Source of the DNA: a candidate division FCPU426 bacterium
GTDB taxonomy: Bacteria; Oederibacteriota; Muellerivitia; Muellerivitales; Muellerivitaceae
Reading direction: 5' to 3'
Assembly: GCA_963847625.1 (NCBI GenBank)
Contig: CAWKAR010000027.1
Location: forward strand, 224,001 to 288,000
DNA length: 64,000 nt
Position 1 is the first letter of the stretch; each line of letters begins with the position of its first letter. The translations under genes were made by a program, and so were the position numbers. Shown here piece by piece: positions 10,297-20,181 of the stretch. A model generated the notes under the pieces. The model worked only from the letters and a program-made list of their open reading frames with translations, made no database searches and was not told the DNA's origin.

Positions 10297-11409
10297 ATGC
10301 GCCGTTTTTTATATCTAATGGCTTTCGGTCTTATCCTTTCCCCCCTTTTGGGATTTTTCCCGATCGCTTGCAGCAATAAATACAGTGTTACCCCTGCCAA
10401 GACCACACCCATACAAGCCACACCCACACACGTTAATGGCGGCGTGGTGACAACCTTGGCGGGGTCAGGCTCCGGGACATTCGCCAACGGTACGGGGACC
10501 GCTGCCTCCTTCAATTTTCCCACCGGAGTCGCGGCCGACCTGCAGGGAAATGTTTACGTCGCGGATTTGGGCAACAACCTGATCCGGAAAATCACTCCCG
10601 GCGGAGTGGTCTCGACCCTGGCGGGCACGTTGGTGGCCGGCTACGCCGACGGACCCAGTAGCATCGCGTCCTTCTTTTTTCCCCAAGGAGTCGCGTCCGA
10701 TTCCTCCGGGACTGTTTACGTTGCTGATCAGTACAACAATTACATCCGAAAAATTACTCCCGGCGGGGTGGTGTCGACCCTGGCGGGGATAGGGATCCCC
10801 GGGTACGCCAACGGACCAGGGAAAGTCGCATCGTTTAATTTTCCCGAGTACATCGCGGTCGATTCTTCCGGATATCTTTTTATCGGGGATACCGTGAACT
10901 CCATGGTCAGGGAAATTACCCCCGCCTGCGTCGTGTCGACCCTGGCGGGGTCAGGGGCTTTTGGGAACGCCAATGGGCCGGGGAGCACCGCGTCGTTCTC
11001 GGGTTTATGCGGAGTCGCGGTCGATCTTCTCGGAAATGTTTACGTCGCGGATACCCAGAATTGCCTGATCCGTAAAATCACTCCCGGCGGTGTGGTTTCA
11101 ACCCTGGCGGGGAATGGTTTGGTCGGTTCCGCCGACGGGCTGGCGACAGCGGCTTCGTTCAATAACCCCAGCGGGGTAGCGGTTGATTCCTCCGGAACTG
11201 TTTATGTCGCGGATACATTGAACAACCTGATCCGAAAAATTACTCCCGGCGGGGTGGTGTCGACCCTGGTGGGGTCAGGTTCCGCAGGATCCAACGATGG
11301 AACCGGGTCTGCCGCATCCTTTAATAATCCCTTCGGAATCGCGATTGATTCTTCGGGAATTCTTTACGTCGCCGATACTTTGAACAATTTAATACGAAAA
11401 ATACAGTAA
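10297..11409 (+). CDS. NHL-repeat beta-propeller lipoprotein
   Basis: Lipobox PIAC and six repeats of FN.P.GVAVDSSG.VYVAD..NNLIRKITPGGVVSTLAG. Confidence 0.9.
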   Translation: MRRFLYLMAFGLILSPLLGFFPIACSNKYSVTPAKTTPIQATPTHVNGGVVTTLAGSGSGTFANGTGTAASFNFPTGVAADLQGNVYVADLGNNLIRKITPGGVVSTLAGTLVAGYADGPSSIASFFFPQGVASDSSGTVYVADQYNNYIRKITPGGVVSTLAGIGIPGYANGPGKVASFNFPEYIAVDSSGYLFIGDTVNSMVREITPACVVSTLAGSGAFGNANGPGSTASFSGLCGVAVDLLGNVYVADTQNCLIRKITPGGVVSTLAGNGLVGSADGLATAASFNNPSGVAVDSSGTVYVADTLNNLIRKITPGGVVSTLVGSGSAGSNDGTGSAASFNNPFGIAIDSSGILYVADTLNNLIRKIQ

Positions 11410-11571
11410 TCATCATTTGAATCCTGTTTTAGGAACACATCTTTCCACAGATCTTTCCAGCCGCCGGCATCTTTTCAGGACTTAATCCAAGTTTGTCAGT
11501 CCCCTCCGGCTCGGTTAAACTATCCCTGCCACTGGTGAGATGCGGCAAAACCCTTTCGTGAAGGAAAAACA

Positions 11572-12513
11572 ATGCCTGGTAAGCGCCGAATGATCCCTTG
11601 CCCCGCTTGCGGCGAAAAGGACCGCTTCACCGACTATTGTCCCGCGTCGTTCCTGAGGGGAGATATACGTTGGATCAGGGAGTGCGGCAACTGCCGTCTG
11701 TCCGTTCTATGGCCCCTGCCCACCCCAGGGGAACTCAACACTTATTACAACCAGGGATATTACAATTTCAACCGCCATAGCGAGGAAGGGAAGGGCTATT
11801 ACTACGCCCGCATGCTGCGGCGCATCCGGGGAAAGGGCCGGATCTTGGATATCGGCTGTGCCACTGGTTTTTTCCTGAGCGGGATCCGCCAGAATTGCGA
11901 CTGGGAGGTCTACGGCCAGGAAAGGGGAAAAGAGGCGGCAACCTACGCCCGCGAGAAAATGGAGCTTCCCATAAAGGACGTTCCCCTGGAAAAGGCCCAT
12001 TACCCCAAAAATTTTTTTGATTTCATCCACCTCAACAACGTCCTGGAGCACGTGACCGATCCCGCGGCGGTGATGGCCGAGGTGGGCCGCATCCTAAAAC
12101 CGGGGGGACGACTTTATTTGGCCGTTCCCAACGGAGGGGTGGACCGGCACGGCTACCGGGATTACCACCTCCGAATGGGGGAACGCGCGGCCAGCATGGA
12201 TGGGCACTTGTATTTCTTCAGCCCGCTGTCGCTATCCTTTCTCGCCCAAAATGCCGCTCTTCGAATCGAGAAATTCTACAGTTGCGGCCTCAAGCGGGCC
12301 ATGCGCGTCCTGGGTTTATGGCCCCGCAAGCGGGGCTGGGAGCGCGTCTACCAGGGAAGGGAGCCAGGCGAGAGCAGCGTGGAGAGGGCAGTTGAGGTGG
12401 GCCGTTCCTATCCCCGGCTTTATTACCTGTTCAAGCATGGCAAGGAACAGTTGTTGCGGTTTCCTTTTTATTTCCACTGGACCTACGATTTCAACCTTTA
12501 TTTGATGAAGTAA
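11572..12513 (+). CDS. Class I SAM-dependent methyltransferase with N-terminal CxxC Zn-ribbon
   Basis: ILDIGCATG, VLEHV, ILKPGG; CPAC and CGNC. Confidence 0.9.
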   Translation: MPGKRRMIPCPACGEKDRFTDYCPASFLRGDIRWIRECGNCRLSVLWPLPTPGELNTYYNQGYYNFNRHSEEGKGYYYARMLRRIRGKGRILDIGCATGFFLSGIRQNCDWEVYGQERGKEAATYAREKMELPIKDVPLEKAHYPKNFFDFIHLNNVLEHVTDPAAVMAEVGRILKPGGRLYLAVPNGGVDRHGYRDYHLRMGERAASMDGHLYFFSPLSLSFLAQNAALRIEKFYSCGLKRAMRVLGLWPRKRGWERVYQGREPGESSVERAVEVGRSYPRLYYLFKHGKEQLLRFPFYFHWTYDFNLYLMK

Positions 12514-12552
12514 CGATGCGGCTTCGGGGACCATGCAAACGCGGGAAGGATT

Positions 12553-13341
12553 ATGCCGGTGAAAAAACCTGTTTTATCTGTCGTCATCATCACCCTCAAT
12601 GAAGAGAAAAAGATCGGGCGCTGCCTGAGGAGTTTGAAATTCTCGAAGGAAACCTTCAGCCGCCTCGAAACCATCGTGGTGGACGCCCGAAGCGGGGATA
12701 AAACCGTGGCGTTGGCGAAATCACTCGGCGCGAAAACCTTTGTCCGTCCCTGGAAAAGCTATTCGGACCAGAAAAACTGGGCCTTGGAGCGCTGTTTGGG
12801 CGATTGGATCCTCTCCCTGGACGCCGACGAGGAATTGACCTCCGAACTCATAGCCGAGATTGAAAAACAGGTTCCTTTGACCCCGGCGGAGGTGGATGGT
12901 TATTCCTTCAAAAGGCGGGCGTTCTTTTTGGGCCGCTGGATCAGGTATTGCGGCTGGTGGCCGGATACCCAGAGGCGGCTGATCCGCAGGGGTTCGGGGG
13001 CCTTTACGAATGAGCCGGTGCATGAAGGGTTGGAAGTGAAGGGTAAAACCCTGGAGCTAAACGAACCCATGAACCACTACACCTACGATTCCATCCGCCA
13101 GTACCTGGATAAAATGAACCGCTATTCTGATTTGGCCGTTTTGGAAATGAAACCCAAGAAAATCCGGTTTTGGTGGTTTTATTTGATCTTTGCCCCCTTC
13201 TTCACCTTCATCCGGATGTATGTTTCCCGGCGGGGGTATTTGGACGGCTGGCATGGTCTAGCGGTTTGCGGACTATCTACCTTCAATGATTTCGTGATTT
13301 GCGCCAAGTTGTGGGAGAAAGTGATTTTAAAGCGCAATTGA
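12553..13341 (+). CDS. GT2 glycosyltransferase (WaaE/KdtX-like)
   Basis: SVVIITLNEE, WILSLDADE, VHE, HYTY motifs. Confidence 0.9.
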   Translation: MPVKKPVLSVVIITLNEEKKIGRCLRSLKFSKETFSRLETIVVDARSGDKTVALAKSLGAKTFVRPWKSYSDQKNWALERCLGDWILSLDADEELTSELIAEIEKQVPLTPAEVDGYSFKRRAFFLGRWIRYCGWWPDTQRRLIRRGSGAFTNEPVHEGLEVKGKTLELNEPMNHYTYDSIRQYLDKMNRYSDLAVLEMKPKKIRFWWFYLIFAPFFTFIRMYVSRRGYLDGWHGLAVCGLSTFNDFVICAKLWEKVILKRN

Positions 13342-13402
13342 ATTCAAGGAAACAATTAACTCAGTTAAACTATTCGGGTACACATGAGGTACTCAAAGGA
13401 GA

Positions 13403-14344
13403 ATGCGAATGAAAAAGAAATTCTCGATTTGTTCTGTTGTGACGCTCATCTCCATTTTATTTTTGACTTCACCCGCATCGGCGCAACTGAAGTATAAGAA
13501 ACAAGAAATTTTGCGTTTGAATTGGGGCGAAAACCCGGGACAAATTGGAAAAATAGAACGCCACAAGACTGGGGAAGCCGGCGTTTATCCATCCAGCCTG
13601 GGAATCGACGCAAAAAGTAATTTTTATTTATTGGACACCGTTAATCAAAGAATCCAAATTTTTAATAAAACAGGAGCGTTGCTCCGAACGGTTGACGCCG
13701 GGGAAAAAGGCGTCAAAGAAATGGTGGTGGATGAAAAAGGGAATATTTTTTTACCCTATCGTACGCCGGAAGAATTTTATAAAGTTTCAATGATAAAACC
13801 GGACGGCAAAGTGATCCGCACAAAAGAAGTTTGGTCGGGTTTAATCAGCGACGGGATCATTTATGATTCCAAAGGAAATTCCGTTTCGGCGATCGAGCAA
13901 TATTCCCCGACGAAGTTCGGCATTTCCCCTAAAATTATTCCCGTGCTTGACCTTGCGGAATGCACAAAAACTGAAATCGGCATAAATTATTCGCGGATAA
14001 AAAAGCATTATAAAAAAAACAACATATTCACGAGTAAGACCGTGGTACTCATACCTTTCAAAAATGGAATGAGTACCCACCCGCAAGTTCTGGGAGTTGA
14101 TGAAAATGGGAATGTATTTGTTTTATACAGTTTTTTTCCAAGGCCCGGGGCCCAGACTTTAGCGGCGGATAGTGTTTACGTTTACTCGCCGGACGGCCAA
14201 TGCCAGGATGATATTCCCGTAGAAGTGGAAAAGCGCACTTCTGAAAGCCCTAACTCAAATTTATTCAAAGTGGATAATAAAGGGAATCTCTACCAACTAT
14301 GTTTGTTAAAAAATGGCGCCCATTTATTTAAGTGGTCTCGTTAA
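13403..14344 (+). CDS. Secreted beta-propeller-like hypothetical protein
   Basis: Signal peptide ending ASA; repeated xVDxxGN segments. Confidence 0.65.
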   Translation: MRMKKKFSICSVVTLISILFLTSPASAQLKYKKQEILRLNWGENPGQIGKIERHKTGEAGVYPSSLGIDAKSNFYLLDTVNQRIQIFNKTGALLRTVDAGEKGVKEMVVDEKGNIFLPYRTPEEFYKVSMIKPDGKVIRTKEVWSGLISDGIIYDSKGNSVSAIEQYSPTKFGISPKIIPVLDLAECTKTEIGINYSRIKKHYKKNNIFTSKTVVLIPFKNGMSTHPQVLGVDENGNVFVLYSFFPRPGAQTLAADSVYVYSPDGQCQDDIPVEVEKRTSESPNSNLFKVDNKGNLYQLCLLKNGAHLFKWSR

Positions 14345-14567
14345 TCATTCAAAGAGGATCCGCTTTTTGCCCGTGAACCCATGGGTCAAGCCATTCTTGC
14401 GCGTTCAAGCAACTCTTCTTTCCCCAGTGTCTTCCCTTCCGATTCCGAATATTGGCTCGATTCGATAAAATCAAAGGGTTTAAAATATTTAAAGAAGGGC
14501 AGGACAGCGCTGAGTTAGAATGTTAAATTAAAGCTTGTCACTGGATTAACCGAGGCGAAGAAACCAC

Positions 14568-15161
14568 ATGGTTTGGAAAAAACATTCTCTTTGGGCGGCG
14601 ATAATGCTCGCATCCGCCATTTTTATTTCATCCGGTTGCGGCTCGCCCAATCCGGCCCCTCCGAAACCCGGGGGATTGCAGGTGGGGGATAAAGCTACGG
14701 ATTTCTCCCTTTTGGACTCGGACGGCCACACCGTGACCCTTTCAAATGTCAAGGAAGGATGGTACCTCGTCCTTTTTTTTTACCGCGGCTATTGGTGCTC
14801 GGCCTGCCTGAACCAGTTGTTGAACCTGAAACAGGATTTCCCCAAATTTGCGGCATTCCATGCCGCGGTGGTTGCAGTCAGTACGGACAGCGTGGAGGAC
14901 AGCAACCATTTCAACCAACAATGGCGGTTTCCCTTTCCCCTGTTTTCGGACCCGCGGCTCCACTTGATCGACGATTACGGGGCCCGGCATCCCGAGGGGC
15001 ACGAAGGCAAGGATATCGCCCACCCGGCTGTCATCATCATCGATCCCCAAAAAATCGTCCGGTATAAATACATCGGGAAATTCGCGACGGACCGTCCCGA
15101 AGACGATGAAATCCTTTACACCATTCAGCAATTGGAAAAAAACTTTCCCCCGGCCCAGTAA
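14568..15161 (+). CDS. AhpC/TSA peroxiredoxin-like lipoprotein
   Basis: VGDKATDFSL, FYRGYWCSAC, lipobox SSGC. Confidence 0.85.
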   Translation: MVWKKHSLWAAIMLASAIFISSGCGSPNPAPPKPGGLQVGDKATDFSLLDSDGHTVTLSNVKEGWYLVLFFYRGYWCSACLNQLLNLKQDFPKFAAFHAAVVAVSTDSVEDSNHFNQQWRFPFPLFSDPRLHLIDDYGARHPEGHEGKDIAHPAVIIIDPQKIVRYKYIGKFATDRPEDDEILYTIQQLEKNFPPAQ

Positions 15162-15176
15162 ACGGTAAATCCATCC

Positions 15177-15914
15177 ATGAGAACCGGTTTCGAAGCGAAG
15201 GGCGGGCCGGTTGGAATCCTTCTTTTACACGGCTTGAGCGGTACGCCGGAAGAGGTAAAACCCTTGGGTGATTACCTGGCCCAAAGGGGGTTCTCCACAT
15301 TGGGGCCATGGCTTCCGGGACATGGCACAAACCCGGTGGATCTGGCGAAAACAAAATGGCAGGATTGGGCGTCAAGTTCCCGGGAAGCCTTGGAATCCCT
15401 CCGGCAACACTGTCCCAGGGTATATGTCGGGGGCCTTTCCATGGGCGGGGTCTTGGCCCTCCACTTGGCGGCCCATTACCCGGTTTCGGGCCTGATTTCC
15501 ATGGCCGCGCCGGTTCGGATTTCCGACTTTCGTTTCAAAGGCATCGCTTTTTTCCGTTTCCTCCAATGGAGGACCTCCCAATTGACCGGGGGCGTCCTGA
15601 ACCCGGCTGTTTCTCACTTGACCTATCCCTATGTCGCCACGAAAAGCCTACACGAACTCAAGAAATTGATGGACCGGGTTTGGAAGGATTTAGCCTTGGT
15701 AAAAGTTCCGGCATTGATCATCCAGGGAAGGAAGGATTCCATGGTACCACCTGATAATGGCGGCTTAATCCACCAGCGGTTGGGTTCCACCCTGAAACAC
15801 CTCCTTTATCTGGATAGATCCGACCATGTGGTGACCTTGGACTATGACAGGGAGACCGTATTTGAAAAAACGCTATGTTTTATCCAGTCGGATGGAATTC
15901 GAGTTAATGCGTGA
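15177..15914 (+). CDS. Carboxylesterase (alpha/beta hydrolase)
   Basis: LLLHG, GLSMGG nucleophile elbow, D and H of the catalytic triad. Confidence 0.9.
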   Translation: MRTGFEAKGGPVGILLLHGLSGTPEEVKPLGDYLAQRGFSTLGPWLPGHGTNPVDLAKTKWQDWASSSREALESLRQHCPRVYVGGLSMGGVLALHLAAHYPVSGLISMAAPVRISDFRFKGIAFFRFLQWRTSQLTGGVLNPAVSHLTYPYVATKSLHELKKLMDRVWKDLALVKVPALIIQGRKDSMVPPDNGGLIHQRLGSTLKHLLYLDRSDHVVTLDYDRETVFEKTLCFIQSDGIRVNA

Positions 15915-16091
15915 GATTGGCATCCTTTAACTTCCGAAAGGCTGATAATAATTGACAGGTATTGTCCCGACTCTTATGTTAAAAAGTAAGAAATATCCGT
16001 AAAATGGTAGAAACCGCGAGGCAATGTAGTTTCTAATAAATCATCGGCTTGAAACGATAACTTCATTCATTCGTTCCTTCGGCAAAGGATT

Positions 16092-17009
16092 ATGACCCAC
16101 CATTTCCATTCCCATTTCAAAAAGAAAATAACCATCATGGTGATTCCCCATGACGGCGGGAAACCCATCCAAATCAAGTCGAATTTTTATACCCTTTACG
16201 CTTTGATTTTGGTTTTGGCGGGGATCCTCGCTTGGGCGGGTTTGATCGTCCACAAAGACGTGGATTACCATTTGGCACTGATGACCCAACAGCGTTTCAA
16301 GGCCAATATGCAGGAGATCCTGGGCGAGTTGGAAAACAACCGTGTCCTCCTTTCGCGAATGTCCCAGGTGGACGTCCAGTTCCGGAAACTTTTAAAATTG
16401 GGCGACCGCAAACAGGTCCTGGCCTATAACGGAATGGGCGGGCCGACCGAGGAGGATTCCACCCGGTTGTCCCAAATCCTCCAGGAGAAAAACGACCAGC
16501 TCATGGGTAAGATCGACGCCAGTTTGAAAGGCACCCACCAACAAGCCGCCCTTCAGGAGGCCAGCTTCAAGGAAATAAGCGTGTTCCTGGACAAGCAACG
16601 GTCCATCCTGGCCGCCACTCCCTCCATTTGGCCCATCAAAGGCTGGATTACTTCCGGTTTCGGGGCGCGGGCTTCCCCCCTGACGGGTGAACCGGGAAGG
16701 CACATGGGGGTGGACATCGCCAACGAAATCGGCACACCCATTCGCGCGACCGCCGATGGAATGGTGACTTACGCCGGCTGGGAAACGGGTTACGGACGTT
16801 TGGTGGCTATCGAACACGGTTATGGCTATAGCACCAGGTACGGCCATTGCTCCCGCCTGGAAATCCACGTGGGGGACGAGATAAAAAGGGGACAGATCAT
16901 CGGTTACGTGGGCTCCTCGGGACGGTCCACGGGAAGCCATTGCCATTACGAAGTGCGCATCCACGGCATTCCGGTGGACCCGGAAAAGTACCTTCCACAG
17001 GATAATTGA
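16092..17009 (+). CDS. M23 family peptidase with TM helix and coiled coil
   Basis: HMGVD and HCHYE zinc-binding motifs. Confidence 0.93.
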   Translation: MTHHFHSHFKKKITIMVIPHDGGKPIQIKSNFYTLYALILVLAGILAWAGLIVHKDVDYHLALMTQQRFKANMQEILGELENNRVLLSRMSQVDVQFRKLLKLGDRKQVLAYNGMGGPTEEDSTRLSQILQEKNDQLMGKIDASLKGTHQQAALQEASFKEISVFLDKQRSILAATPSIWPIKGWITSGFGARASPLTGEPGRHMGVDIANEIGTPIRATADGMVTYAGWETGYGRLVAIEHGYGYSTRYGHCSRLEIHVGDEIKRGQIIGYVGSSGRSTGSHCHYEVRIHGIPVDPEKYLPQDN

Positions 17010-17025
17010 GGAAAGGAAGACAATA

Positions 17026-17421
17026 ATGAGTTTATTTCACTGGGGTGATGGGAAGGCCATGGGAAGCGTGGATACCATCATCGGCCACGACACTTCGTTG
17101 CGCGGGAGTTACCATTCGAAAAACACCATCCGGGTGGACGGGGAGATTTACGGGAATGTCACCAGCGAGGATGGGATTATCGTCGGGGAAAAGGGAATGG
17201 TCCGCGGAAACCTGACGGGGAAAGCCATTTTCATCGGGGGAAAGGTGAAGGGAAACATCATCGCATTCCAAAGGCTTGAGTTGCAGAGCACGGCCCAAAT
17301 CGAGGGGGATGTTACGACTCCCGTCCTGGTGATCGATGACGGGGCGATTTTCGATGGAAACTGCAAAATGGAGGAAGAAAACAAGGTCGTGGACTTGTCT
17401 AAAACGTCCCGTGAATTGTAA
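17026..17421 (+). CDS. Bactofilin (polymer-forming cytoskeletal protein)
   Basis: TIIG...IRVDGEIYGNV...GAIFDGNCKM; the M23-bactofilin pairing is well known. Confidence 0.92.
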   Translation: MSLFHWGDGKAMGSVDTIIGHDTSLRGSYHSKNTIRVDGEIYGNVTSEDGIIVGEKGMVRGNLTGKAIFIGGKVKGNIIAFQRLELQSTAQIEGDVTTPVLVIDDGAIFDGNCKMEEENKVVDLSKTSREL

Positions 17422-17443
17422 GTGAACCCATGGAAATCCAAGA

Positions 17444-17472
17444 AAGGGGCGCTGACCAGCGTCCCTTTTTTA
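17444..17472 (+). terminator. Intrinsic terminator
   Basis: Stem AAGGGGCGCTG/CAGCGTCCCTT followed by a T-tract, just after the bactofilin gene. Confidence 0.75.
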
Positions 17473-17539
17473 TTTCCCGGGTAGGTTTCCGGAATCAACC
17501 CTGTGCTAAAATCCCTTGGGCTTTAAGAAAGAAAAAACC

Positions 17540-18709
17540 ATGAAAAAGAAAAAACCGAAAGGTATTTACCTCGATTGCGCGGCCACGACCCTCCAAAAAC
17601 CGCCCCAGGTGCTGAAAGCGCTGGTCCAATACGCCACCGAAGTGGGGGTTTCCCACGGCCGGGGGGCTTATCGCAAGGGGATCGAGGCCAACGAGCTGGT
17701 TTTCCAAACCCGCCTGGCGTTAGCCAAACTGTTCAACGTCCAGCGGATGGACCGGATCCTTTTCATGAAAAACGTGACCGAAGCGCTTAACACCGCTTTG
17801 AAGGGATTCCTGAAAAAAGGGGACCACGTCGTCCTCTCCAGCTTGGAGCATAACGCGGTCATCAGGCCCTTGAACAAGTTGAAGGCCTCCCAGGGTCTGG
17901 AATACACCTTGGTGCCGGCCAACAGCCAAGGCCGCCTGAATCCCTACGACTTCGAAAAGGCCCTCAGGCCCAACACCCGGATGGTCTGTCTCGTCCACGC
18001 CTCCAACGTCACCGGCAATTTGAGCCCGGTGGAGGAAGTGGGGGCCCTTTGTTCCAGGAAAGGGATCGCTTTCCTGTTGGACGCGGCCCAAACCGCGGGA
18101 TTGGTCCCCCTTTCGATGAAGGACCTCCATGTGGATTTTCTCGCCTTCACCGGCCATAAGGGCCTGATGGGCCCCACAGGAACGGGGGGACTGGTTGTGG
18201 CGCCCCAGTGGAACCTGGATTCTTTCCTGGAAGGGGGAACCGGATCCAACAGCGATAAGGAGGAACAACCCCAAAATTGGCCGGACAAGTTCGAAAGCGG
18301 GACCCAGAATTACTGGGGACTGGCTGGCCTCAAGGCGGCCGTGGAATTTCTCCTGAAATCAGGGGTGGAAAGTGTGCGCAACAAAGAGGAAGCCCTGACA
18401 GGGCTATTCCTAACCGAAGTGGGAAAAATAAGAGGGATAAAAGTATACGGTTTGCCCGGCGGCACGGGCAAGGAAAGGATCGCAGTGGTTTCCCTCAATG
18501 TCGAGGGAAAGGACCCTTCCGAAGTGGGGTTTGAATTGGACGAGAAGTATGGAATCATGACCCGGGTGGGATTGCACTGCGCGCCCCTGGCCCACCGAAC
18601 CATCGGGACCTACCCCGTCGGAACGGTGCGGTTCAGCTTCGGTTACTACAACACCGAGAAGGAAATCGAGAAAGCCTTAATGGCTTTAAGGGAAATGACG
18701 AAAAAATAG
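17540..18709 (+). CDS. Cysteine desulfurase family PLP enzyme (class V aminotransferase)
   Basis: IYLDCAATT, DAAQTAG, FTGHKGL, RVGLHCAP. Confidence 0.92.
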   Translation: MKKKKPKGIYLDCAATTLQKPPQVLKALVQYATEVGVSHGRGAYRKGIEANELVFQTRLALAKLFNVQRMDRILFMKNVTEALNTALKGFLKKGDHVVLSSLEHNAVIRPLNKLKASQGLEYTLVPANSQGRLNPYDFEKALRPNTRMVCLVHASNVTGNLSPVEEVGALCSRKGIAFLLDAAQTAGLVPLSMKDLHVDFLAFTGHKGLMGPTGTGGLVVAPQWNLDSFLEGGTGSNSDKEEQPQNWPDKFESGTQNYWGLAGLKAAVEFLLKSGVESVRNKEEALTGLFLTEVGKIRGIKVYGLPGGTGKERIAVVSLNVEGKDPSEVGFELDEKYGIMTRVGLHCAPLAHRTIGTYPVGTVRFSFGYYNTEKEIEKALMALREMTKK

Positions 18710-18813
18710 TAGTGCGTCAATTTAGCTGTCATTGCGAGCCCCACGCACCGCAGCGTGTGGCAGGGGTGAATTATGTGGCGGGCTTGAAGTGGTTGGCCTT
18801 TGGCCAACCATGC

Positions 18814-19952
18814 TAGTGTAGTGCGTCCTAAATAACTTTACTTAACAAGAGATCTTGCCTATCATATTTGTAAATGAGGCACGCAGAAGCCATCGCTTTG
18901 TCACCGGAGGAACGCTCCACGTTGGATACATGGGCCACGGGGAGAAAACTTCCCTTCCGGCTAGTCCAACGGGCCCGGATTATTCAAATGGCGGCCAATG
19001 GAGTTTTTAGCCAGGAAATCGCCCGAAAATTGAAAATTTCCCGTCCCACTGTTCAACTGTGGAGGCAGAGGTTTCTGGCCCTACGATTGCCCGGATTGGA
19101 GAAGGACGCTCCTCGTCCTGGCCGTATCCCCCGCATTCTTCAGAAACAAATCTCCGCAGTTATTGAAGCTACCCTTCACACAACCCCTGCCAACGCCACC
19201 CACTGGAGCACGCGCAGCATGGCCAAAGCAAAGGGTCTCAGCGAAGCCACAATCCGAAGAATCTGGAAGCGGCACAACCTAAAACCACACTTAATCGAAA
19301 CCTTCAAGCTCAGCAAAGACAAGCGGTTCTTAGAAAAGTTCCACGATGTGGTGGGGCTTTATTTGAATCCACCCGACAAGGCGTTAGTTCTATGTGTGGA
19401 CGAAAAGAGCCAGATTCAGGCTTTGGATCGCACTCAACCTATGCTGCCATTGCGTCCGGGCATTCCAGCCCGTCAAACCCACGACTACAAACGCAACGGG
19501 ACAACAACTCTGTTTGCCGCTTTAAGTATGTTGGATGGCAAAGTCATCGGAGATTGTATGCCTCGGCACCGGCATCAGGAATTCATCCGTTTTTTGCAAA
19601 TCATTGACGTCAAGACACCTTCTGACTTGGCTTTGCATCTGATCGTGGACAACTACGGGACTCACAAACATCCCAGGGTCCAATCTTGGCTAAAACGCCA
19701 CCCGCGATTCTGCCTTCACTTCATTCCTACTTCCTCGTCCTGGCTCAACATGGTGGAGCGTTGGTTCCGCGAAATCACGGACAAACGGATTCGCCGTGGT
19801 TCCTTCAATAGCGTGCCGGATTTGATAGAGGCTATCAGGCAGTTCATTGAAGCCAATAACCAAAAACCGCACGTTTTTATGTGGACGGCTTCGGCAGAAA
19901 AAATCTTGGCCAAAATTACCAAATGTAAAGAAGCGTTAGACGCACTACACTA
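18814..19952 (+). mobile_element. IS630 family insertion sequence
   Basis: Inverted repeats TAGTGTAGTGCGTC / GACGCACTACACTA; both ends lie in CTAG (TA target). Confidence 0.93.
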
Positions 19953-19953
19953 G
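18874..19953 (+). CDS. IS630 transposase
   Basis: HTH domain plus DDE motifs CVDEKSQIQAL, VDNYGTHK and SWLNMVERWF. Confidence 0.95.
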   Translation: MRHAEAIALSPEERSTLDTWATGRKLPFRLVQRARIIQMAANGVFSQEIARKLKISRPTVQLWRQRFLALRLPGLEKDAPRPGRIPRILQKQISAVIEATLHTTPANATHWSTRSMAKAKGLSEATIRRIWKRHNLKPHLIETFKLSKDKRFLEKFHDVVGLYLNPPDKALVLCVDEKSQIQALDRTQPMLPLRPGIPARQTHDYKRNGTTTLFAALSMLDGKVIGDCMPRHRHQEFIRFLQIIDVKTPSDLALHLIVDNYGTHKHPRVQSWLKRHPRFCLHFIPTSSSWLNMVERWFREITDKRIRRGSFNSVPDLIEAIRQFIEANNQKPHVFMWTASAEKILAKITKCKEALDALH

Positions 19954-20181
19954 GGCCGTAGGCCCCAGACAACCCCAGTTTATGGGTGATTTTGGAATGT
20001 ATAGTTTCTGGCATTATTTAAACTTAGGTTGCTTCGTCATAGACGTCCGCCTATTCGGCGGACATTTCCTCGCAATGACACCTAAATCAAATAAAAAGCC
20101 TCCCTTTGGTTATCCAGCTTGATTAAGGTTTGCCAAAAAGCATAACATTCCAACATTATTTGATGAATTCCGAGGTTTGAA

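Larger units (their letters stand above)
18721..20086. mobile_element. ~230-bp MITE/REP-like element interrupted by IS630
   Basis: 18-bp terminal inverted repeats TTTAGCTGTCATTGCGAG / CTCGCAATGACACCTAAA (1 mismatch), TCAA on both flanks, internal hairpins. Confidence 0.65.

Noticed and set aside
16092..17421. M23 peptidase-bactofilin pair as a novel system
   Set aside because: This is an already described cell-shape module (for example csd1-ccmA).
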